This document shows, one piece after another, positions 1 through 13,463 of a stretch of 64,000 nt of DNA (positions are counted from its first letter, which is position 1; the number at the start of each line of letters is the position of its first letter). Both the position numbers and the translations under genes were made by a program. This DNA comes from Octopus vulgaris. Its lineage: Eukaryota. Where the stretch lies: positions 51,088,001 through 51,152,000 of the forward strand of contig OX597833.1 of NCBI GenBank assembly GCA_951406725.2, in the 5' to 3' direction. The notes under the pieces are model-generated. The model searched no databases and had not been told where the DNA came from. It saw only the letters and a program-made list of their open reading frames with translations.

Positions 1-752
1 AAGTTCGCACACCTACTAGTTCGTCCGCCCGTGAGTTCGTACGCCTATTAGTTCGTACGCCCATGAGTTCGTACGCCTATGAATTCTTACGACTATTAGT
101 TCGTACGCCTGTGAGTTCGTATGCCTATGAGTTCGTACGCCCATGAGTTCGTACGTCTATGAGTTTGTACGCCTATGAGTTCGTACGCCCGTGAGTTCGT
201 ACGCCTATGAGTTCGTACGCCTATTAGTCCGTACGGCCGTGAGTTCGTACGCCTATGAGTTCGTACGCCCGTGAGTTCGTACGCCCGTGAGTTCTTACGC
301 CTATGAGTTCGTGAACCTATTACTTCGTACGCCCGTGAATTCGTACGCCTATGAGTTCGAACGCCTATTAGTTCGTACGCCCGTGAGTTCGTAAGCCTAT
401 GAGTTCGTACGCCTATGAGTTCGTGCGCCTATTACTTCGTATGCCCGTGAGTTCGTACGCCTATGAGTTCGTACGCCTATGAGTTCGTACGCCCGTGAGT
501 TCGTACGCCTATTAGTTCGCACGCCCGTGAGTTCGTAAGCCTATGAGTTCGTACGCCTATGAGTTCGTGCGCCTATTAGTTCGTACGCCCGTGAGTTCGT
601 ACGCCCTGAGTTCGTAAGCCTATGAGTTCGTACGCCCGTGAGTTCGTACGCCTATGAATTCGTACGCGTATAAGTTTGTACGCCCGTGAGTTCGTACGCA
701 TATGAGTTCGTGCGCCTATGAGTTCGTTCGCCCGTGAGTTCGTACGCCCGTG
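1..752. repeat. 16-bp minisatellite (GAGTTCGTACGCCYRT)n, truncated by the window start
   Basis: Contiguous units gagttcgtacgcctat / gagttcgtacgcccgt with point variants and no spacers; grades into 8-bp ttcgtacg/ttcgtatg units up to about 1090. Confidence 0.95.
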
Positions 753-1159
753 TGTTCGTATGTTGGAGCGTTGGTAAGCTCGTGCTTTCGTATGTTCGTG
801 TGTTCTTATGTTCGTACGTTCGTATATTCGTGCGTTCGTACGTTCGTACGAGCATTCGTATGTTGGTGCATTCGTACGTTCGTGCGTTCGTACGCCCGTG
901 TGTCCGCACGTTCGTACGTGCATTCGTATGTTTCTTGTGTTCGTTCACCCGTACGTTCGTGCGCTCCAGCGTTCGTACATTCGTATGTGCGTTCGCACGT
1001 TCATGTGTTCGTACGCCCGTGCATTCGTATATTCTTGCATTCGTCAGTCAGTGCAACCGAATGTTCGTGCGTTCGTTTTTGTGTTCGTATATGTCTACAA
1101 TGAAGACATGTGATGGTAGTATGGGAAGTAATTCACACTTGAATTATTTCACAAGAAAT

Positions 1160-1548
1160 GGATGGAAGCACTCCGTCGGTTACGACGATGAGGGTTACGG
1201 TTGATCCGAATCAACGGAACAGCCTGCTCGTGAAATTATCGTGTAAGTGGCTGAGCACTCCACAGACACGTGCACCCTTAACGTAGTTCTCGGGGATATT
1301 CAGCGTGACACAGAGTGTGACAAGGCCGGCCCCTTGAAATACAGGTACAACAGAAACAGGAAGTAAGAGTGAGAGAAAGTTGTGGTGAAAGAGTACAGCA
1401 GGGATCACCACCATCCCCTGCCAGAGCCTCGTGGAGCTTTTAGGTGTTTTCGCTCAATAAACACTCACAACGCCCGGTCTGGGAATCGAAACCGCGATCC
1501 TATGACAGCGAGTCCGCTGCCCTAACCACTGGGCCATTGCGCCTCCAC
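1160..1548 (-). mobile_element. tRNA-derived SINE, family A, full length with tail type 1
   Basis: Minus strand starts GTGGAGGCGCAATGGCCCAGTGGTTAGG (A box) and contains GGTTTCGATTCCC (B-box-like). 12-bp TSD ttcacaagaaat at 1148-1159 and 1550-1561. Near-identical to 57055-57441. Confidence 0.9.
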
Positions 1549-1908
1549 ATTCACAAGAAATAAGCAATGATTGACGTATTTAGGTATATTATTGTGTTGA
1601 GTTCAAATATTCCCCTGCGTATAGCTTAGCAGAGAATTACCTCTGATGTATGGATTTGTTTGACTTATACTAAAGGGGGAGAATCCGTGAGGCCAAATGA
1701 AATGTGGTTATAGGAAATCATTACTTTTGTACTTGTCTATCAGAAAGCTTTGCTACCAACACTATGTTTTCCATTTTGAGATTTGCAGCTGATGTATGTC
1801 CTATTTAACTATTGTCGTTACTGCATGATTTAACCTAACGTGTAAATCAGAGAACAATAGACAGGGCTTGTTTTAGTAATTACTAACTTGATATACACAC
1901 ACATAGAC

Positions 1909-1957
<49 letters not shown>

Positions 1958-1999
1958 TCAATAAATGGTGGGGTTGTGTTGACCGCACGTGGAGATATG

Positions 2000-2195
2000 A
2001 TAAGCAAGGAAAAATTGTAAAAATGCAGAATGCTAAATTGAAAGAAAATTTTAATGAAAATGGGTGTATGGAAAAAGTTTTTGAAAAATTGATAAAATAT
2101 ATATATATCAATTTTTCAAAAACTTTTTCCATACACCCATTTTCATTAAAATTTTCTTTCAATTTAGCATTTTGCCTTCTTACAATTTTTCCTTG

Positions 2196-2200
<5 letters not shown>
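2000..2200. repeat. Fold-back inverted repeat (arms about 95 bp) next to (TA)n tracts
   Basis: ataagcaaggaaaattgtaa...tttttgaaaaattgat is mirrored by atcaatttttcaaaaa...ttacaatttttccttgcttat. Confidence 0.9.
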
Positions 2201-2261
<61 letters not shown>

Positions 2262-2856
2262 TATGATATTTTATAATTACGAGTATATTTATAATTAGTG
2301 TTCAGCAAAGATTTGCTTCACTACATACCGAACTTTAGAAATAGCAGCCAAAGAACCTTAGCTATTTCATCTACTATAAGAAGAGACTCCCGGACAAAAC
2401 AAACTACTCGAAATGACCCACGCAGACAGAGAGGAAAAATAACGAAATTCACTCGGTATTTGATTACCTGTGTACGTGTGTTATCAGACCGCTGAATATG
2501 AAAGAGAGACATTCTAACTAGTATCGAATGAAATGATAATCCTTGCTTTACAGACACCAACTACATAACTTCGAAATAATTTCAGAACAAAGCGAAAAAT
2601 ATTCTTCTATTCAAAGTGAGTAACTGTCAAAGAAAAACAAACAAACAAACAAAAAATACATTTACTATCATGTTTACTGAATAAATACTCCCAGCAATAT
2701 AAAAGAATGCAACCATTCAGTAACTCGCCGAGTAGATTCTAGGTTTAACTTCAGTGCGTGATCGACTATTTTGAAAATGGCGATTTACGCAGTCGATACC
2801 TGTTACCATAGCAACACTATATTCTGATATCATTATATCATTATAATCTTGATATC

Positions 2857-2899
<43 letters not shown>

Positions 2900-2977
2900 A
2901 AATATGCACTTATAAATATATACATGTATACATATACATATAGATGTATATATATGTATATATATATATATATATAC

Positions 2978-3110
<133 letters not shown>

Positions 3111-3495
3111 CATATATATGTATGTATGTATGTACGTATAATCGTAAGAAATATCTTTGCATTGTCTATAGTGAGGCTGAAGATGATTTCTAATCATAGT
3201 ATAAATCTTGATACCCAATCGCTTATTATGTGCTTTATTTGACTTATGGTTTTAATCCGAATCTACGTAGCAAAATTGAATGTATTTCCATACATATAGC
3301 ATCTTCTCTCCAAATATCAGATTTTCATAGTTTCTCGTTTTTTTTGTTTTTGCTTTTTTTTTTCTTCTTTTTGCTATAACGCACGTCTGGAAAAATTTAT
3401 TACGGGGCCTCTCAGTTACCGAGTTATTACATACCGAGTTACATTACATTGAATATCCTTACTCCGCGGAGAGAGAAGTTGAGCCTAGTAAAGTA

Positions 3496-3535
<40 letters not shown>

Positions 3536-3606
3536 TACATGTATATATGTATTCATGTATATTTATAAATACATAAATATGTATATGTTTATATAAGTTT
3601 ATACAT

Positions 3607-3650
<44 letters not shown>

Positions 3651-3758
3651 AACATATATATGTATATGTACATGTGTATAAGCATGCATGTATGTGTATA
3701 TATCTATATATATATGTGTATATATGTATCTGTCTAGATATCTTTGTATATATGTGTG

Positions 3759-3809
<51 letters not shown>

Positions 3810-3820
3810 TTATATATATG

Positions 3821-3884
<64 letters not shown>

Positions 3885-4354
3885 ATATCTATATCAGTAG
3901 TTTCATTCAGTCATATTTATCACCGACTGAAAACAAGTCAGACCCTCAAAGGCAATCAACTTGTGATTCACATAAATATTTCACCTCTCCTATAAATCTA
4001 TAAATACAGAGAGATCAATATAAATACATACATACATAAATACATACACGCGCGGACGCACGCACGTGCACACACACACACACGCAAATATACATACACA
4101 TGTACATATATATTCATGTTAATTCAAAATAATTTACGACGTAAATAACAATTGAAAGCAAAATAAAATATGTAATTATCCATGAGTTAATCCTCTATGA
4201 TATATATATATATATACATATACATATTTATGCGTGTGTGTGTGTATGTATATATATGTGTGTGTGTGTATTTATATAAAACCATTTATATATATATATG
4301 CATATATATATATATGTACTTATATATATGTGTGAGTGCTTATATATATATATA

Positions 4355-4403
<49 letters not shown>

Positions 4404-5371
4404 ATGCATATATATATATGCATATATATATGTATATACATGTATGTATTTGTATGTATATATGTATGTATGTATTTATCTGTATGTAAGTATATGTGTA
4501 GGTATGTCGTCGAACGATATTGTTTCATCATAAATCTGGTGATGTATTCCACATCACACAATTTAGTGATGCTGAGATATAAAACTTCAAACTCACGATA
4601 ATACGTACGATCAGACATTGCTAGATAAAGGGGAGCCGAGCAAAAATAATTGCTTAGAGAAGAAGCGATATTTGGAAAATATATACATATATATATTTTT
4701 GACAAATTGATAGTTTCAATATAGATATTAAATAACTGTTATTATGATAGAGTCCGAAAAGCCCAATTTCCCAATATGTGTGTGTGTATGTGTGTCTGTG
4801 TGTGTGTGTGTGTGTGTGTAGGTTGGTAGGTTGGTAGGTAGGTAGGTTTTTAGGTAGAGAGGTCGGTAGGTAGGTATATATGTATATATCAAAGTGGTTT
4901 GCGACAATATGGTGGAGATGAAATATTTATGACGTTTGACATAACACAGTGTTTGAATTTTTTTATTATACCTGGTTATCAAGTATTGTGTTCCGCGGTG
5001 TATTTAGTGAAACAATAAATAAATAGTAATAGTTAGTCGCTATTTATTAATGAAAATCAAATCTAGTCAACTTGATAATACAGGGTGTCCTAAAATTAAC
5101 TATCTCTTTCAATGAAATCGGAAATTTTTATAAGACTCACTTTTGTTTATATTGATCATGTGTGATGTGCGTTAAAAGTGTGTAAATTTTTAATTTTGAT
5201 TATAATGTTATAATTTTCAAGATATCTTTTTCATAATTTTATCTTCATTTCTCTTGGATCTTAGATATCTGTCCACGACATCGTTTTTCAATCCTTTTTT
5301 TTTCTAACTCCATTCCCAGGATGGAGCAATAGTTTAGCTGAGTTTCAAGAACGCATTCAGTTAGCAGTGTG

Positions 5372-5404
<33 letters not shown>

Positions 5405-5429
5405 CGCGTGTGTGTGTGTGTGTCTCTCT

Positions 5430-5885
5430 GTGTTTCTGCGTGTGTATATTCATGTGCCTTTGCTTGACATCCCACACTAGTTGACATCGGTTGAATGTTT
5501 ACGACCCCTTAAATCAGCGGCACGGCAAAATATACCGATAGAATAAGAACCAGGCTTAAAGGAACATAAGTATCAATCAATACCTATTTCTTTATTACCC
5601 ACAAGGGGCTAAACATAGAGGGGACAAACATGGACAGACATAGGTATTAAGTCGATTACATCGACCCCAGTGCGTAACTGGTACTTAATTTATCGACCCC
5701 GAAAGGATGAAAGGGAAAGTCGTCCTCGGCGGAATTTGAACTCACAACGTTGCGCCAGACGAAATTCCGCTAAGCATTTCGCCCGGCACGCTAACGTTTC
5801 TGCCAGCTCACCGCCATCGATCAATACCACTTCATGACGGTGCTCCAGCATGGCCGCAATCCAATGACTAAAACTATTAAAAACA
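5430..5885 (+). mobile_element. SINE family C, 3' half, interrupted by a family B insertion
   Basis: Matches the family C 3' part (ccgatagaataag...ggtgctccagcatggccgca...tgact) on both sides of the inserted B element. Confidence 0.7.
5585..5815 (-). mobile_element. SINE-like family B, full length
   Basis: Reverse complement of ggcggcgagctggcagaaacgttagc...gagttcaaattccgccgagg...gggtaataaagaaata. Flanked by a 13-bp TSD atc(a/g)atcaatacc at 5572-5584 and 5816-5828. Confidence 0.9.
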
Positions 5886-6392
5886 TAAACAATAAAATCC
5901 ACAGTCACCCCAGGATTATCAACGCTGGTATTCTCTCACTTACAATAACCCTTGCAAAATGAATTTGTGTGGGGAAACAAACGAAAAGAGGTTTACTCGT
6001 TGAAGTACATTTCACCTTTACAAACGGACTAGGAAATAAATAATTAATTTGTAACTTGATCAGGGGCCTCGATGCTTCAGCATGTACACAAACAATATAA
6101 ACCATATCACAATGTCTACAGCTACAAAATGAGTAATTCCATTCATGGTGGGGTTTTATAAATGAGTCGAAATGGAATGTATGGGCGTTCTTTTGGCTTC
6201 TCAAAGCTATTAATAATGTAGGGGGGAAATGAAATATATCAATAAGGATAATAGAAATTAGAGATGCAGACTAATATCATTAGAAGGTAATCCGTGGAAT
6301 TATATAATTGATATTTCTTCCGTTGCTTTCCAGAATCAGCTTCAAATTCTTCTCATCGTCAAGTCTTAAGAGAATTGTGTGTTTGCGTGTAC

Positions 6393-6437
<45 letters not shown>

Positions 6438-6847
6438 CTCTTACTCTTTACTCTTTTACTTGTTTCAGTCATTTGACTGCGGCCATGCTGGAGCACCGCC
6501 TTTAGTCGAGCAAATCGACCCCGGACTTATTCTTTGTAAGCCCAGTACTTATTCTATCGGTCTCTTTTGCCGAACCGCTTAGTGACGGGGACGTAAACAC
6601 ACCAGCATCGGTTGTCAAGCAATGCTAGGGGGACAAACACAGGCACACAAACACACGCATACATATATATATATACATATATACGACAGGCTTCTTTCAG
6701 TTTCCGTCTACCAAATCCACTCACAAGCCATTGGTCGGCCCGGGGCTATAGCAGAAGACACTTGCCCAAGATGCCACGCAGTGGGATTGAACCCGGAACC
6801 ATGTGGTTGGTTAGCAAGCTACTTACCACACAGCCACTCCTGCGCCT
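6438..6847 (-). mobile_element. SINE family C, full length, with internal microsatellite
   Basis: Minus strand has head aggcgcaggagtggctgtgtggtaag, B-box-like gggttcaatccc, a central (TA)/(TG) tract and tail tgactgaaacaagtaaaagagtaaaga. Many other copies in the window. Confidence 0.9.
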
Positions 6848-6900
6848 ATATGTCTATCTATCAATTAATGTATCAATCTATTTATATGTATGTATGTATA

Positions 6901-7420
6901 TATGTGGTTTGATCAATAAGTATCCGGACTGTTGCCATAGTAACTAACGTAGCTGAAGCACGCGGGGTTAAGCTGCTTGGCGCAGATTGACCGTAATCTC
7001 CGTTCTGCAAGTTTTAAATGTTCTCTAAGTTTTAATGTTGTAGCTCACTTCCGCTGTTTAGAGCAGTGCTTGGAAGGAAGGTGTGTAGCGTGTGATCGTC
7101 GCATTGACCATGACAGGGAAGTTGCCATGGAGATACCTGCTCAGAGGCCTGCGCAATGTCGCAGAAAGTGTATGGAGAGGAGTGTATGAGCCGCACACAA
7201 GTGTACGAACGTTTCCCAGGTAACCGAAAAAATGTCGATATTGACGAACGTTCTGGGAGACTCACAACCATCAGAACTGAAAAAACCAACGCAGATGTGT
7301 GTGCAGCTGTGAGAAGAAATCGCCCAATCATCACCCGTGAGTTATCAGAGGATATGTACAGATTAGTTACAGTTCATCCGTTATCACTGAAGATTTGGGT
7401 CTGAGACGCGTATCTGCCCC
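6901..7420 (+). mobile_element. Decayed mariner-type transposon 5' part (N-terminal HTH region)
   Basis: ORF 7156-7404 QKVYGEECMSRTQVYE...DERSGRLTTIRTEK...VRRNRPIITRELSED resembles the mariner/Mos1 HTH region. TIR-like start tgtggtttgatcaataagtatccggact near 6903. Confidence 0.8.
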
Positions 7421-7640
7421 TTCATCGGAGACGGTGTGAGAGGATGGTTAAGTAATAGTTAATTTAGATAGGATAGAAAATAGAGAGTGAGGTGGAGGAA
7501 AGAAAATAGATGTAAGATATGTAGGGATATTGAATTTGTAGATCCATTTTTTAGGCATAATGGTATATATGTAAGATTCCAATACCCTATGAGAAAAATC
7601 CATCAGTATTTAAAATTGTTCATTTTAAGTATATATATAT

Positions 7641-7846
7641 ATATTACATATATATAAGAGGGATGGCCACTAAGTGGACATCCATTATGCTATAAGTCGA
7701 CCCCTATAGTCTTATCACTAAGAAAATTTAGCGTGTGCTAAATTTTCTTGTGAACATTCCTTTCTTAGTGATAAGACTATAGGGGGTCGACTTGTAGCAT
7801 AATGGATGTCCACTTAGTGGTCATCCCACTTATATGTATGTAATAT
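7641..7846. repeat. Fold-back inverted repeat (arms about 85 bp) next to (TA)n
   Basis: gggatggccactaagtggacatccattatgcta...cttatcactaagaaa is mirrored at 7760-7846. A second hairpin aagaaaatttagc-gtgt-gctaaattttctt lies at 7720-7749. Confidence 0.9.
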
Positions 7847-8005
7847 ATTTTTCTAATTCTTCAGATTTTTCTATGTGCTAGACCACTGGTTTTAAATTGA
7901 TATTAATCAAGAGGGGAATATGTTGAATAAAATCACAATTAAATGATCCCCCTGGATTTTCTTTGACCCAATGCCAGGAATTTTTCTGTATCCCTTCGTA
8001 GGTAT

Positions 8006-8130
8006 ATCGAGACTTCCTCTAAGATGCTTTTGAAGTTGTATTTCCTAGAAAGATCGTATGAAGCTAAAAACTGAAGAATTAGGATTATGAGGAAGTTGGA
8101 TTTCAAGGCATGTCGACCAGATAAGCACCA

Positions 8131-8163
<33 letters not shown>

Positions 8164-8540
8164 CCCTCTCTCTCTCTCTCTCTCTCATTGGATTCCAAGA
8201 CAAGTCGACCAGGTAAGCATTACCATCTTTCTCTCTCTCATTCATTAGATTTCAAGGTAAGTCGACCTGGTAGAAATCACCGTTCTCGTTCTCCCTCCCT
8301 CTCTCTTTGTCTGTCTCTGTTTCTCTCTTACATACACACACGCGCGCACACACACATACGCACGTTTTCTCTCTTATTCTCGAGACAGTAATCATTGTTT
8401 TACTAGATCTATCGAGATTTGCCTTAAGTTGCTTTTGAAGTCATATTTCCTAGAAAGACCGAGCGGATCTAAAAACCTTTAGAATAAGAAATATGCCAAA
8501 GTAGAATTTCAAGGCAACTCGACCTGATAGGGATCGCCCC
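8006..8540. repeat. Diverged direct duplication (about 125 bp) with a recurring submotif
   Basis: tatcgaga...gcttttgaagt..tatttcctagaaaga...atttcaaggca at about 8006 and 8410. Submotif gatt(t/c)caag..a.gtcgacc also at about 8190 and 8248. Confidence 0.65.
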
Positions 8541-9141
8541 CTCTCTCTACTCCCCTCTTTCTCTAAGCGACTTTACTGGGATTAGTTTGAACAAGCATTG
8601 GTTGCTACAGCAGTGCGAATTCATCCGATGATTTCTACATTTATGACGATGAATGTTACCTAGTTACAACCAAGAGGATCGATGCTATATGAGAAATATG
8701 TCTATATATCTTACAAACACATCATATACAAAGCGTCAGGATATGAAACGTGAGTTATTCGAAGTATTCCATTACGATTTAATAATGGGACGAATAATTT
8801 TAATTAAAATATGTTGGGAATGCCTGCTGGAAAGGACTTAACGTTATAGTGACAAACCCGAATACACAATTATATATATGTGTGTATGTATGTGTGCATG
8901 TGTGTGTATTTGTGTGTGTGTGTGTGTGTGTGAGTGAGTGTGTATAGGGGTGTATTAGTTGGATGACACAAATTTAATAAAGATGACTCTTGTCCTGCCT
9001 ATTAAATTCCGAAGTTTATTGTTTCTTGGTGAATGAAGACGAATTAGCGTTGATTATATGAAGATGATACATATGTGCGTGTATGCAGGCGTGTTTACAC
9101 ACGCACACACACACACACCTATATACATATACACACACACA

Positions 9142-9233
<92 letters not shown>

Positions 9234-9238
<5 letters not shown>

Positions 9239-9622
9239 AAATAAGCAGCAAGGATATCCAGAAGTAATGCAGTACGATCGTTTCATGCGACTCCATTTAA
9301 TTGAACAATGCAAACATTACATCAATTCAAAATGTAGAGCAATCTTCATCTGCATAAAAATATAGAATTTAATCTTCATCTGCAGGACTCATTTGTATAA
9401 TTTTTTTATCCATGTCCTTTGTCTATTTCATTATCCTCTTGGTGATTTTGGATAAAAAATTATACAAATGAGTCCTTCGAATTTAACTAAACTATATTTT
9501 TATGGAGCTGAAGATTGCTCCACATTTTATATTGATGTAATAATTGCATTGTTCAATTAAATGGAGTCGCATGAAACGATCGCGCTGGGTATCTTCTGGA
9601 TATCCTTGCTGTTTATTTTGAT
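9234..9622. mobile_element. Inverted-repeat element between (TA)n tracts; each arm carries a degenerate type I hammerhead
   Basis: atcaaaataagcagcaaggatatccagaag is mirrored at 9593-9622. HHR remnants at 9267-9355 (-) and 9502-9590 (+). Confidence 0.75.
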
Positions 9623-9700
9623 TATAATCACCTTATTTAAAATTATATGGATAATACCATACTAAATACTCGTGCCTTCAACTTAAGTACCATATTCATC

Positions 9701-9761
<61 letters not shown>

Positions 9762-9947
9762 ACGAGAGCACCCATCAGTAATATTAAACTAAAACGGAAA
9801 AATTCAATTATCACTAATTGTAACTGAGGGTGCCGTGTAGCTCTTATGTTGCTAGAATTAAGAGTTAAAGTCCCTTAGAGGCACAAGAAAGCACATTTTC
9901 ATATACTGACAGGGGAGATAACACCCTACAGTGAAGTTAGATCACTA

Positions 9948-9991
9948 TACCAGACTAGATTCGCTTGAAAATTAGAAGCTCATCAGTAGTA
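9948..9991 (-). ncRNA. Type I hammerhead ribozyme motif with one core substitution
   Basis: Minus strand reads tacta-CTGATGA-gctt-ctaattttc-aagc-GAATCTAGTC-tggta. Stems I and II pair, and GAAT replaces GAAA. Confidence 0.65.
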
Positions 9992-10186
9992 ACAAAGACA
10001 TCGCTGGATGTTTTGGCTAAACCCTGACTGTCAGAATATATATCAACCATATTAATTTATGGCTGATTTCGCAGAATGATAATGTGAAAATTATAAAACA
10101 AAAAGGAAAGGTTCAGTGACTGAGGGTGCCACGTAAATCCTATATTGCTAGAGATAAAAGTTAAAACTCATATATGCATATAATAA

Positions 10187-10498
10187 AGGCGGCGAGCTGG
10201 TAGAAACGTTAGCACGCCGGGCGAAATTCGTAGCCGTATTTCGTCTGTCGTTACGTTCCGAGTTCTAAGGCGGCGAGCTGGTAGAAACGTTAGCACGCCG
10301 GGCGAAATTCGTAGCCGTATTTCGTCTGTCGTTACGTTCCGAGTTCAAATTCCGCCGATGCCGACTTTGCCTTTCATCCTTTCGGGGTCGATAAATTAAG
10401 TACCAGTTACGCACTGGGGTCGATGTAGTCGACTTAATCCCTTTGTCTGTCCTTGTTTATCCCCTCTGTGTTTAGCCCCTTGTGGGTAGTAAAGAAAT
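10187..10498 (+). mobile_element. SINE-like family B with an 80-bp tandem duplication of the head
   Basis: aaggcggcgagctggtagaaacgttagc...gagttc occurs at 10187 and again at 10267, followed by the normal body ending gggtagtaaagaaata. Confidence 0.9.
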
Positions 10499-10563
10499 AT
10501 ATATGCATATAATATAACATACATAGAAACGTACACATGTTCATATAAGTATATATTATATAC

Positions 10564-10604
<41 letters not shown>

Positions 10605-10650
10605 TATTAATGCTGTCAATCATCTGAAAGAAATACACCTGAATGTGTAA

Positions 10651-10702
<52 letters not shown>

Positions 10703-11093
10703 TCAACAATCTGTGGTGTCCAATAATGGGTCATGAGTCCTGTTGAATTTGTTACCAACGGAAAACATACGTTAATGAAGGACGTTAAGAAACTAAAAGA
10801 ATCCGGCAATTGAAATTCAATTACAGAAATATATTCGCCAATATCTATTTTTGATACTATACCGCTATCAATGAACGCATACAATATATATGCATATATT
10901 CAATGTATGTATATATTCAACATATGTTTTTATATCTATATTTATATATATATATATATATTCTTATATATATGTACATATATATATATATATATATACA
11001 AACATAAATATATATTCACACATGTATGCCTATATGCATACACACACGTATGTGTGTGTTCTTGTGTGGTTGTGTCTGTGTATGTATATATGC

Positions 11094-11187
<94 letters not shown>

Positions 11188-11405
11188 TGTATGTATGTAT
11201 AAACATATATACAGACGTGCGCACACAGCTTGAGATATAAATACATACATATGCTCGTACATTACAAATGTGCGTGTGTACATCAGTGTCTAAATGTGGA
11301 TAGTTTATACATATATACTCTATATATACTCTATGTATATATATATAGAGAGAGAGGGAAAGAGATAGAGTGTGTGAGAGGGGGCAGAAAGAGAGACATC
11401 TAGAC

Positions 11406-11464
<59 letters not shown>

Positions 11465-11533
11465 CATACACACATACTTGGAATATATATATATGTATAG
11501 ATGTATATATATATATGTATTTGTATTGATGTA

Positions 11534-11567
<34 letters not shown>

Positions 11568-12161
11568 TATGTGTGTGTGTGTGTGTGTGTGTATGTGTGT
11601 GTGTGTATGTGTGTATGTTTGTATGTGTATATAAATATACACACATATATATATACAGGCTCACTCTGTATGAAAGGGAATAAAATTGATAGCACAAAAT
11701 GGTCCGAGAATAGACACATTAGCTCGGGGAAGTTCTATGGTTTTTATAAAGAAAGACGATGGCCAAGCGTTACGGCTCCATCGTAACTGTGTCAGTGGAA
11801 GAGGTAATTGTTCTAGAAAAAGATATTGAGAACGGTAGTAAGGTTAGAGGAAGGCGTGGGAGACTGTAGGAATTGTATCGGAGGGTGATGGGAGCAGGAA
11901 CAATGATTGAAAGAGGATCGGTGTCTAATATAACAAATGATTAAATGTTAAACTTAGAACGGTGTCTAGATGCCAGGAGGTCTCTCCACCCTCTCCTCTT
12001 TCTTTCTTTCTTTCACTCTCTCTCTCTCTCTCTCCCTCTCTCTCTCTGTTGATCTCTCTCTTTCTCGTTCTCGCTCTCACTTTCATTTTCTCACTTTTCT
12101 CTGTCGCCGCATATGTATATACATTTCTAAGAAACTGAGTGAAGCTGGACATGTGTGTGTG

Positions 12162-12275
<114 letters not shown>

Positions 12276-12280
12276 TATAA

Positions 12281-12316
<36 letters not shown>

Positions 12317-12389
12317 TATCATATATATATATGTATATATATATAAATATATATATATAGTATATCATATATATATATATGTATATATG

Positions 12390-12431
<42 letters not shown>

Positions 12432-12526
12432 TATATATATATAGAATATCATATATATATATGTATATATATATATAGTATATCATATATATACATATAT
12501 ATAGTATATCATATATATAGAATATC

Positions 12527-12557
<31 letters not shown>

Positions 12558-12669
12558 TATAGTATATCATATATATACATATATACATATATATAGAATA
12601 TCATATATATATATGTATATATATATATATAGTATATCATATATATACATATATATACATATATAGTAT

Positions 12670-12720
<51 letters not shown>

Positions 12721-13064
12721 TATCACATATATATATATATTTATATTTATATATGCGTAAATGTCGAATGATGAAATTAGTTCACAACACCGCATTGATG
12801 GCTATATATATATATATTTTTTTTTTGTGAATTAAGGTTACCATTGGTTTCATGTTAAAAAACGTAAGTGTCTTAATTTTTCTAACCAATCCCATGGAGA
12901 AATGTGTTCGCCTCCATTTTAGAAAACAGTCTCTGCCAGAAAGACTAGTTGGTTTCTCTAGAATTCTTTGTAAACTCTTAAATATATCTCCTTCTGTGTA
13001 TATATATACTACCTAAGAAACATGATTTTTATTGAACTTCTAATACTTTTTCTGCGTATGTATG

Positions 13065-13102
<38 letters not shown>

Positions 13103-13107
13103 TATAC

Positions 13108-13159
<52 letters not shown>

Positions 13160-13422
13160 TACCAAACAAACATGATTTTTTATTGAATCCCTAATACTTT
13201 TTCTTGAATATTTTCTTAAATACTTTCTTGTAAACTGTTTTTATCATTTTCATATTATTATCAAAGAAAGTATATATGTATTTTAATACTTTTGTGACAG
13301 CCAGTACTTAACACAACAAAGATTATACAAAGCTTTACATTTTACTTTTGACAATCTTTTTCTAAAAAAGTGAAACCGTCAAGTGAATAAACATCTTTAA
13401 AATTGCATTTTCAAACCTCCTT

Positions 13423-13463
<41 letters not shown>

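Noticed and set aside
1-752. CRISPR array
   Set aside because: Units are contiguous with no unique spacers, there are no cas genes, and the context is eukaryotic.
3893-3945. Hairpin upstream of GAAAC on the minus strand
   Set aside because: The core reads CTGACTT and there is no NUH triplet with stem I pairing.
7384-7415. CTGAAGA...GAGACGCGTA as a hammerhead
   Set aside because: No stem pairing; it is part of the mariner coding remnant.
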